A stretch of 64,000 nt of DNA from Calcarisporiella thermophila CBS 279.70 (taxonomy: Eukaryota > Fungi > Calcarisporiellomycota): the NCBI RefSeq assembly GCF_041956535.1, contig NW_027192193.1, forward strand, positions 1,293,192 through 1,357,191. The letters are read 5' to 3'. This document shows, piece after piece, positions 1 to 10,434 of the stretch. Numbering within the stretch: position 1 is the stretch's first letter; every line of letters starts with the position of its first letter. Below the pieces are notes generated by a model that worked only from the letters and a program-made list of their open reading frames with translations, did no database searches and was not told the origin of the DNA. The position numbers and the translations under genes were made by a program.

Positions 1-1397
1 GCACTAGAGAGTCGACTAATCGGCTCGAACTGCAGTGAAATAAGAAAAAAAAAAGGGAGAGAGAGGGCATGAGATTTCACATTAGTGATGGACGAGTAAG
101 GCTGCGCATGGACGTACACTAATTTTGAAAAAGAGCCGGATGTCCTTGGATAAATCATAGATTCGCTGGACTACCTTCTTGAATACGGAGTCTTCGAATA
201 GTCCCTAAGGAAGTCGATTAGCAATTCCTGATCGCTTCCAACTGTGCCAATGGGGGTGACTCACTTCGATAGAACGGTTAAATGCCAACCGGTATTCTGA
301 GTGGGCGACTTGCTCGTCCACCTCAAGCGTATTCTTTATTATTTTAGAAAACTCCTCTAGAGTTTCGGGGGGGAATAGATAAATTTGTCGGTGTGAAAAC
401 CTAGATTTGACCCGCTTTTCCAAGAGTTCCAAGGCGTCCTGTCACGAACAGAAATCAAATCTAATACTCGGAACCACTCCAACCAAACCGCCACGCAATG
501 CTTACCAGGCGACAGGTCAGCCCAATGATGGCGACGGGATTTTGGCTACTCTGGGCGACGTCAAAGAGGTTGTAAAGCAGAGCTTGCTTCGGATGTTGCG
601 CAAAAAGGTCGAATTCATCCAGCACAAAGATAATGGGGATAGTTTGGTGAGAGCCTTGTTTGAGAACGGAGAGCAAGTAGCTCATCGATTCAGCAAACGA
701 CATCTATATACGGTTTTAGGATCAACACAATAATGATAAAGAGAATTCCCATTGAAAATTACCGAAGTATGCGTCTCCATTTGTTGTTCGACGCGCAGCT
801 GCCTTATAATCTCACGCAACGCCAAGCGATCGTCAGTGAGAACCATGCCGTTCAAATAGACCACGAAAAAGTCCCTTTGAGATGATCGGGGATCGACGTA
901 TTTGCCCTCGATGTCCGCAACGACCCTATTAATGAGCTGCATTCATGGTTAATGCAATAGTTTTCGTACAAAGGCTGAAGGCGCTAAACCATGTTACCGA
1001 TGTCTTTCCAGTGCCTCGATTTCCAATTAGCAAGCAAGAATTACTCTCGCCATTCAAAACGGTCTGCTCGATTAAATCATATAGCTTTCTAATCAAGACG
1101 AAAACACGCGTCAAGAAAAAGATCCCAGGCATTGCTAAAATAATTAACGCGTCACCTATACTGTGCATCCAAATTAATCAGTTGCCGAGGTGTCTCTCTT
1201 TCAGCTAGCCGTCTTAGGATGAGCGAGCGTGCCTGAGCCACGTCTTTTGCACTCCAATTAGCAGCTGTAGTGTTAACATTGGGACCGGGCTCATCTTTGT
1301 CTATAGTATCGTTAGAAGAAGGAGAGGGAGAATCATCTTGGAGGCGAAATCGTTTAGGGGAGAGAGAAATGTCGTCGTCTATTGATCGTTTTGACAT
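1..1397 (-). CDS. ORC4: Origin recognition complex subunit 4 (AAA+); multi-exon, 3' end runs off the window
   Basis: Spliced ORFs give [17 protein letters not shown] (Walker A), [25 protein letters not shown] (ORC4 Walker B region) and [20 protein letters not shown] at 1397. Confidence 0.93.
1106..1154. promoter_or_regulatory. Two ACGCGTCA (MCB-like) motifs inside ORC4 intron 1
   Basis: ACGCGT at 1106-1111 and 1147-1152, within the predicted intron 1089-1155. Confidence 0.35.
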
Positions 1398-1902
1398 GGC
1401 ATTCAAGTCTTTTCATCAAAAGAAGGGGGGTTTCGTGTTTTTTATAGAGTTTATTAAGGCAACTTTCTCGAAGGATGGCGCAGGTCTATTCAAGACCAAC
1501 AATTTGCTCAACCGACTCCCTGGGCTTTCCAAAATTTGGAGAAGTGGGCTGCGTGACCAGTGGTTTGGTCGAGTGAATTGCGTGGAGAAATAAAGTTGAG
1601 GAAATTTTCTTGGGAGAGCCATTTGTAATGATTTTTCTCTCTTTCTGTTTTTCCGGCCAGTAAATGCCATTGGATCCCCCATTTCTCTAGCACTCTCTCT
1701 CGCCCCTCTTGCTCTCCGCCCCCTTCTTGATCCTCCGTTCCTCGCTGCATTGGCTGTGATTTTGCCTCTCCCTTTGCCTCTCCCCTCCTCGCGCCATTTC
1801 GTATACCATTTGAATTAGCTCCTATATCACGGTTGTATCCGCGCCCCTCTGCGTAATCCCCTAATCTCCGTCCACCTGCTTTAATCTCTGTCTTCTCTGG
1901 CA

Positions 1903-2175
1903 ATGGTGTACGCTCCCAGCTACATTTGTTCCGATTGCGGCATGTATGTCCCTATCCATGACTGGACTGCTCATGTCGCGTCGGTCCACAGCATGTTCCA
2001 CTCCTACTACTATTCCTGCCCCGGATGCGCCGCAGTGTTCTACGACGCAGATCAGGCGAGAGAGCACTGTAAATACGAATGCACCATCTATAGTGCCATG
2101 TGGGCCAACCAAGTCATTGCGGCCAACGCTACGTACCAACAGCAGTCTAGAGCCATGTGTTGCACGATTTTGTAA
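1903..2175 (+). CDS. Small (90 aa) two-zinc-finger protein with C-terminal CC-CaaL prenylation motif
   Basis: YICSDC-x11-H-x4-H and YSCPGC-x3-F-x8-H-x4-C; ends MCCTIL*. Coding-like C-ending codon usage, pyrimidine-rich leader, AT-rich 3' flank. Confidence 0.7.
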   Translation: MVYAPSYICSDCGMYVPIHDWTAHVASVHSMFHSYYYSCPGCAAVFYDADQAREHCKYECTIYSAMWANQVIAANATYQQQSRAMCCTIL

Positions 2176-2561
2176 AAGTTTGAATATTGTATGTAAAGTA
2201 TATTTTTAGGCCACGGAAGCCTTTAGTGTTATAGTATGCTCGGCGCGAAGATCTGCCTGATACTATATTTATATATATATGTGTGTGTGTTTACCTTGCA
2301 CCTTCACTTTCTTCTTGTTTGCCAATATTTATGCCAGATAGTATTAACTTAACTGTAATCTCCCTCAATTGTTTGTTCGATTTTCTCCTTGAATCTTTTA
2401 GGAATATTGAATCCTCTATTACTAACCTAACCCATTCCAAATGCCCAATTGCGGATGCTTTTTCATTTTTTTTCTTTTTATGCCTCGAACTTGGGCTTCA
2501 CCCATGTAATTTCTCGCTCTTCCTTTCTCTGAAAACTTCGAGCTGAAATCTTGCAAACATC

Positions 2562-3829
2562 ATGACCTCTGTCCTCGATCAAATTAAGCAATGGACCACT
2601 ATTGTTGCCGACTCGGGCGACTTTGAAAGTAGGCGACTCTGTCTCCAGGGAATGGGCGCCCAGGAACTTAACTCGTTTTGGTTTTCCCATTAGCCATTTC
2701 CGCCTACAAGCCTACCGATGCTACGACCAACCCTTCGCTCATTCTCGCGGCTGCCCAGAAGCCGCAATACGCAAAATTGATCGACGATGCGGTGGCGTAC
2801 GGGAAAAGAAAGGGCGGGTAAGTAGCCGGGGGCTTTGTGACATCGGACGAACCACTCTCTCACTCCTCGCGTCCTACAGAAATATTGAGGAGCAGGTTGA
2901 ATGGGCCATGGACAAGGTCCTGATCAACTTTGGATCGGAGATTCTCAGGATTATTCCTGGGCGCGTCTCCACCGAAGTGGACGCGCACCTCTCCTTCGAT
3001 AAGGACCGGTCCATAGAGAAGGCGAAGCGGCTGATAGCCTTGTACGAAGAGACTGGGATCGACCGCAAGCGCATCCTTATCAAAGTGGCCTCCACATGGG
3101 AGGGAATCAAAGCGGCCCATGAGCTGGAAACTCAGCACAACATCCACTGTGAGCTTGACTTCTCCCTAACCCACCTTGAAGACCGCGGTGGCAAAAATCC
3201 CCCGCTCTAACCTTCCCCCCCCCTTCCCCTTGTATGTACTCGTAGGCAATCTCACCCTTCTGTTCTCCTTCCCTCAGGCCGTCGCGTGCGCCGAAGCGGG
3301 CGTCACCCTTATTTCGCCCTTTGTGGGCCGCATTCTGGACTACTACAAGGCCAAGACGGGGAAAAATTATACCGCGGAGGAGGACCCCGGGGTTTTGAGC
3401 GTACGCCGCATATACAACTACTATAAGCAGCACAACTACAAGACCATTGTGATGGGCGCATCGTTCCGCAACACGGGTGAAATCGAGGCCCTCGCCGGGG
3501 TGGACTACTTAACTATCTCACCCGCCCTTCTGGAGGAATTGCAAACGACCAAGAAGCCGGTGGAACGCAAGCTAAGCCCTGAGAACGCCAAGGCATTGGG
3601 CGGGGAGAAAAAGGTGTCCTTCATCAACGATGAGCCCAAATTCCGCTATGAGCTCAACCAAGACGATATGGCGGTGGACAAGCTGAGTGACGGAATTCGC
3701 AAGTAAGTTCGAGCAAGGAGTCCTTGTGAAAATGAACCATGCTAACCACCCCCATCCCATTCATTGCACAGATTTGCACAGGATGCGGATAAACTGCGTG
3801 ACATTCTGCGCAAGAAGCTTTCGGCCTGA
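2562..3829 (+). CDS. TAL1: Transaldolase (multi-exon)
   Basis: [39 protein letters not shown] (Schiff-base Lys), [31 protein letters not shown]. Confidence 0.97.
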
Positions 3830-4153
3830 AGGCCGTGCCCTCTCCTTTTTTGCCATTAAAAGGGTACAATAACAAGCAAGATAGTATTTTATCATTGGTG
3901 ATGAAAAAGACGTAGTAGAAGCAGTATCGTAAGATATAAATCAATCCATCAATAAATATACATCTATTCACTTGGTCTCTTGCGTGAGCTTAAATATACA
4001 AGATGTCTATGCCTTGTTATCCGGAATACATTCCCACGTTCGTGAGCGATATATAATCTACAGCCTTCTCCAGCGCCTGCATTGTCCATTCTAAAATATA
4101 ATCTACATTGACAACAAGAACTGGAGATTGTCCTCCTTCCCCCCCCCCCCCCT

Positions 4154-5771
4154 TCAAGCCTTTCCGAGGTATTTTCTGTCTTCCCACGAGGCTGGGCTCA
4201 AGGCATACTCGTCAATCTGAGAGGGGAGCAGCGTGTCGTCGTCGGTATAGTTGGTGTCCGTAATGCTTCGGCATACCAGAAACGCCATGGGTAGGGAAAA
4301 AAGTAGCAAGGCCCAGTTCAGGAGCAGCTCACCAAGGAAACTGATGCTGCTGGCATCGATGGCCCACGAGATGGCGCCTCCGGCCGACTGGATTCCCTTG
4401 TAAAAACCGGCATACCGACTCAGCTCCATGGAATCGTTGGACATGGCGCCCATAAGCCAGTAGCAGTACACTTGGAAGACCGAGTCGCAGATGCCGAAGA
4501 GCACGTACACAAAGAATTTCTCGGCGCTGGATCCAATAAGAGCATTCAGTTAGCACTAGCACCCACGGCCTTGCAATCAATGTATGCCTTACAAATGGGG
4601 CGACTCCCAGTCCACCTCCGGCTGCTTGGTCCCTTTCGAGAAAGTTAGCTGCCAAAACAGAGCCGCGCACCAGGTAGCACTGAAGGCGATGCCCACAAAC
4701 GCCAGGCCAAAATACGCCCGTCTCCGCCGGGAAAGGGACCCCGAATCCAGAAACACGCCGAATGCAAGTGCGCCCACAATCTGAGCAAACCAATAGAAGG
4801 TGTTGTTGAGCGCCCGCGTTCGCACACTGTTCAGGAGGGAGGAGGGGGAGAACACGATGAGTTCATGTTAAACAAAAGAGGATGGAGAAAGCGAGATAAA
4901 ATGCACCTGAAATAGAAGCCATTGATATGAAGTTGGTAACTGTAGAAGAAATTCGAGGTGAAGAAGAGGGGAAACAGCAGAAGCAGCCGGCGATTGGTCA
5001 TGAGCTTGGTGATGGCCACCAGTTCATCCCGCCAGTAGGGGTGCTTTGCCAACAGGATCGTGGATCCATCTCGGCGGCGCACTCTATGCGGGGGCACGAG
5101 GACCAAAGTAAGCACAACTCCAAGACTTATCACGAGCATGATGCCAATGTAGGTCACGTTGGTGACCGCACCCGAGCTCTCCTTTTTGAAGTTGAAGGCA
5201 AGAACCGCAAGCGCGCCGATGACGGCTCCGAAATTAAAGATCATCCAGAACACTCCTATATAGCGCCCTTTATTGCGCTCATCCGGGTACGACATCATGA
5301 TTTGACCCTGTGCTGCCCAGAGTAGAGCTGCGCAGATTCCAAGATAAGCGCCCGCGCTTATCATGAACGCAGAACTGCGAGTGCTATTGTATGCGAAAAG
5401 CGCCCCCACGTAGAGGAGATAGCCGGTGCTTCCGATGAAGAGGGTGGCTCGGGGACCAAGCACATTGTTGATCCCCCCTGCTATTAAACCGACTATGGCG
5501 AAAAGAGCATAGAGCACCGCGTTGGCCTTGGACACGACCTCCACATCCTTTTCAAGTTGGCCGGCTCCGCCCATTCCTGAATGAATGATGAGCAATAAAA
5601 AAACAAGTCAATGTCAAGCAATGTTGGAAGAGGAGGAAAGACGAGCAAGCACCGACCGTTGATGGCATTGAACATGCCCGGGCTACAAAGGGTGATAATG
5701 CTCAAGAGCACAACCTGGACAAATGGCAGGCAAAACCACTTATACAGACGCCATTTTTCGATTTGTATCAT
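4154..5771 (-). CDS. MFS transporter, UNC-93-like/DUF895 family
   Basis: LCSPGMFNAINGMGGAG, LLWAAQGQIMMSYP, GVFWMIFNFG, SNFFYSYQ, RTRALN, YAGFYKGIQSAGGA; many hydrophobic segments over 4 exons. Confidence 0.9.
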
Positions 5772-6551
5772 TATATCTCCTAACCGGAATATGACGAGAA
5801 AAAAACAACGGGAGAGAATGGAGAGTGAAAATAAAGCCCAGTGCAGACCAAGTCTAAAATATATATATCTATTTATTTGTGGATGCATAGGATGCGAGTG
5901 TTCGAAGAATTTCCGAGCACATGGTATGAATTTCGAGGGAATACCATTTCGGGAATATTAGACGGGTCGGTTCATTTACGTAATGGGAAGAAAACCGCAT
6001 AAAAGTACTACAACCCACAAAATGCAAGGGGGGATATTGAAAGACAATAGCAGTGTGCACAGACACATGAAATGAGCAGGGGAAGAGAAAATGGAAACGT
6101 CTTTTTGGAGCTCTCCAGCACAGAGGTGGCCCGAAGTTTGACGCAAGTATCATTATTCCTCATGGGTCTTGAGGGACCATCGGCTCGACTCTTCTCGACG
6201 TTTTGGCGAAATCGACTTGATGCATTTATCAGTTTATCTCATTCCCATGAGGTGGGAAAACAAACAAACAACCCTTGATCTGTTTGGACTAGCCGTGGTG
6301 TAGGAGTAGGAGAGCGATAAACCACTCTAGGCCATGGATGGTAATTACGGGAACAAGAGCTTGCCTACACCATTTTACTAAAGTTGGCCTCCCAGGCCCA
6401 GTGCTGGTCACAACCCAGCTTTTCTGCGTCCGCTAATTATAGAACCACAGTGGCTGTCCTTTTCCATATTTACTCTTGATATTATGAAATTAGATTGATA
6501 CAAAATAGGAAATAAACACAAGTCTAGTCAACAGTTAAATATGTGGTTGGA

Positions 6552-8339
6552 TCATTGTTTCTCTTTCCGGATATCTCGAAAATGAAATTTGGGACGTCGC
6601 CTCTTCTCCATCTCTTTGCGCGTCGGCGTCCGCACCCATTTGAAGAGCAACCACCCCAGCAACGAGACGGTGCCCAAGATGAACAGCTTCAGGTCGATCT
6701 CATTGGCTTTGATGTATGGCATCCAGTTGCTTGCGAGCACCCTATGGGTTGAAAACCCCTTCAGTGGACCCGGCTCCAAACGTCCATGGTCGGTCCAGGC
6801 CTCGTGGTGATACATCATCTCCTCCACAAGGTCGGCGGCATGTTGCTTACTGCTTCTCGCCCGCAGCCGCGCCAGCAGCTTCATCCGCTCCACGTTGCGT
6901 TGGATTTCCCCATCCTCATCGGTGAGGATGCCGGTGACAAGGGAGAAGACGTCATGGGCCGTGAAATGGAGCCGGTCGAGCTTGCGCCCGATGCCAGCCG
7001 CCGACATTCGAGCGGCGTTGAAGAGCTGGTCGGCGAAGAACGGCAACACGATGACCGGTTTGCCAGCGTAGATCGCCTCGTTTCCAGACTCTCCCCCCCC
7101 GTGGGTCACAAACAGCCGCGTGTGCGGGTGGCCAAGGAGGGCCCGCTGCGGAGCAAAGGGAATAAAGTAGAGGTTTGGGTTTCGGTTTCCAAGCAAATCG
7201 GTGATGTTTCGTCCCGCCGCCTCACGGGGAAAGTTGGCGATCGAGGTCTGGCCAATCGACCAGACGATCCCGTCGATTCGGCCGTAGTCTACCGCACGAA
7301 GCAGTCCGTTCAGCAGCGCCTCGGACTGCTTGAGGGAGAGATGGGCGTGGGTCCCGAAGGAAACGTACACCGTGCGGGGGTGGAGCTCCAAGAAATCCGC
7401 AAGATCCTGAGTGAGCGGAGGGTATGTGTCGGCGAGCAGCGGGCCCACCAACTCCACGGTGGGGGGAATTGTGCGGGCGGGCTCTAGCCCCCAGAAGCTA
7501 TTGATGAGAAAGAGCTGATTCGGGAGTCTGGGCTCCTCCACATGGCGGCCAAGGCCGGCCTTGGCGCGCATGCGGTTGTAGGAAAGGTGGTATCGAATGA
7601 TTTCGGGGATAAGCAGATAGGGCTCAAACCAGATGCCAAGCCGTTGGAAAAAGCTCAGCGACTCTGTCGTGGTGGACTCGACCATCACGTTGGGTTGGAA
7701 GCTCTCGCGTGGGATCCCTGGAGAGAATGAGCAAGCAAGTTAGATGGAGCGGGGAGGGGAGGGGGAGGGAGGGGATGGCCCTGTGTTCCCCCTCAAGCAC
7801 AGGAGAATCCAATACTCACTGAATGGCATATTCGGGAACATGAAGATGAACGGCACTTTCAATTTGGCAGACAAGTCCTTGCAGGGATCGACCAGGTAAT
7901 CGCATACCAACACGTCTGGCCTTTGCCGTGAAAATTCGTCCAAGAGGCGCAGATACACGCGGTCAAACGAAAAGTTGAAGTCGGTTTTTGACCGCAACAT
8001 GGCGCGGAACTGTTCATACATTGTCGTCCAGTTTTGCAATGAGGCGTATATGTTCCGCTCTCGCGCTTTGTCAAGGCCTGGTCCTAGGTCGATGAGGCGG
8101 TCGAAGGCGCTGTCCGGCGCCCACCGAAGTTGATCGGTATAAGTTCCAAAGAGCACCGTGTGATTGCGCAAACGCAGCTCTTTCCCAACCTCCAGCAATG
8201 GGGTGGCATGACTGCGACCTCCCGAGAGAGTGACGAGGGCGACGGTTTTCGGGGGGAGCGCAGCAAGGTCGGGGAGCCTTGAGGCTACGGACACTAGGCC
8301 GATGGCGAGAAGGAATGATACGAGATGAAGCAGATGCAT
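6552..8339 (-). CDS. UDP-glycosyltransferase (GT1) with signal peptide and C-terminal TM anchor; 2 exons
   Basis: N-terminal hydrophobic leader, GGRSH, VYVSFGT, FAPQRALLGHPHTRLFVTHGGGESGNEAIYAGKPVIVLPFFADQ (UGT signature), C-terminal TM followed by a basic tail. Confidence 0.93.
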
Positions 8340-8850
8340 TTCCCCGGATGCAGATGAATGAGCGTGAGGGGCATTAGGGGAGAAAACGGCAGCCCAGTGG
8401 AGCCCTCCAAGTATAGCATGATCGGAGAATTAATATGCAATTAATTTGTTGTGATCCCTCAGTTGGAAGTTGCCTTATGCACGCACTCTGCTCTGCCCGT
8501 GGGGCCAGTCACACGTTCGGCCGCCTGCAAATGCGGGGGCATTTGATTCCTTTTTGTTAGAGGTATCAGATTGCAGCTTGTTTTCGCGCAATTATGCACA
8601 AGCAATCGGGTCTATTCGCCAGTTCGAGTGTTTTGCCTTTTGTTTATGCCTTGAGCTAAGATTGAGACACCTAGCCATCCCAGGCCTGAGAGTTAGTGCG
8701 CTTGTCATTGTTTGAGGGGAGGCGGCCAGAAGGTTTTCCGCGCGGCTCCCATATATAAGCTCCTGCCGCTGAGCCTGCCCCTTCACTCCTTTAATCTTCC
8801 CATTTCCTCTCTCCTCCACGGCATCCCCCGGAACACTAGAGCCATTCACC

Positions 8851-8916
8851 ATGACTAGGGATCCTTATCCGCCTCTTCCTAACATCCCAATTCCACCGCG
8901 GCCGCAGAACCCATAG
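8851..8916 (+). CDS. Candidate 21-aa proline-rich micropeptide MTRDPYPPLPNIPIPPRPQNP
   Basis: ATATATAAGC at 8751-8760, CT-rich leader, CACC-ATG start context, TAG at 8914-8916. Confidence 0.4.
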   Translation: MTRDPYPPLPNIPIPPRPQNP

Positions 8917-10434
8917 CCGAGCTTGCCGGTCGTCCTGCCTCCAGCGAAGTCTCCAATGAATGCGACAAAAAGAACTAGCGGTTTTGTTTATTCCTTAATC
9001 CCTCATTTTCTGTCCATTATGTCACCTATTTCACCATTTTTTATACATAAGTTTCTTGCAATGAACCCAACTGGCATGCCAGTCGTTTGCTTTTCCTTTG
9101 GAAATAAAAGTCTTTTCTCCCCTCTCGTAATACAAGCCAGAATACGGATCCGGTGGTCGTGGGCATAGAAATGAAATTGGAGGCGAATCTGGGCGGTTGA
9201 TGCTCTGCGGTCTCCTCGGAAACAAGCTTTCCCAGAGAAAGGGCAAACCCATTTCGAAAAAGTCAGCCACTATTGCCTCAAATGCTCTCTTTGTTGATCG
9301 AGTCTGCGAGACCGAACCTGTCAAATCCACCCCTACTGCTGGCTGTTCCTGCGCAAGCCATATCACCAATTTTGTCGGCGCCAATATGATCCAAGTGTAT
9401 TCCTGGACAAGTGCTCTTGCTCTGTCTTTCTGAATACAGCATGTGCATAAACTCCCTCCATGGCACGCACCATCGACAGCGCAACTGACTGGCCCACTCC
9501 TTCACGTACATACTGCGGGGAGCCGGATATAGTCTGGCCGTAATTCCGGTTATTCTGCCCGCCGCCCGTCCGCAGACACCGATAATTAAATAAAAAAAAC
9601 TCGAAAACAGGGAGCCCATCACAACATCTATATTGGCCATCTGCTTTACTCTCCGTGCAATCTCCGCTATGAAGCTCGAACCCCGAGGCCAGAGTGGTAG
9701 AGCACCTACCTGGACAATTCCCGAGCAAAAGCTGCAACGGTTGCATGCTGTGCACGAAGATCCAGTTGTTAAGCCGAAATGTTTTTATTTTGCAAATTCG
9801 AATGGGCTTTTTTCATCGCCGTTATTTAGGTTGTTGTTGACGTTGCTTTAGTATAACAAAATAAAGCTTCTCGCTCCACTCAGTCGACCTTAGATGGGCT
9901 AAGTTTGATGGGGAGGCCCGCAAATGGTAAGAGCAGTAGACAACATGGCAAGATGGCTTCATTAGCATCAGATAGTGTGTTTTGTTTTCCGGTTAGGAAA
10001 AGCTGTTTACCAGCTAAGCAAATATGGCGATCTCTTTCTGAACGACAAGGCCCAAGAGTGCACAATCAAGGAGATCTCGTCAGCGGGCGGACTCGGCTTG
10101 ATATTCTCAGAGTAGGATCGATAAAAGACATCGTGCCGTCTCCCCGCTTTGACTAGCGTAGGTCTCTAAAGTGATGGAGCTGTGCCACCTTTTTCTATTT
10201 CAACCCTGCTCTCCTTTCTTACCACGAGCCTTAGAGCCATCCCGAATTGCACCTTGTGCTCTCCAGTTCCGCCTATGCCACGGAGGCTTAGCAATGAGAA
10301 AATGCGAAAGAGTAGATGCGCTTCCCAATTTTTGATGGGGGCAAATACTTGGTACCTTTTACCCCCTTCTTTTAGAGCAGAAAACGAGGACTTTATAATT
10401 TATACATCGACACGCTTGAAACATTAAACATCGG

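Noticed and set aside
8923-10427. Several 60-130 aa ORFs in the UGT-WDR48 intergenic region, including a CPGIHL string resembling a P450 heme motif
   Set aside because: No FGxGxRxC context, overlapping frames and no coherent splice model.
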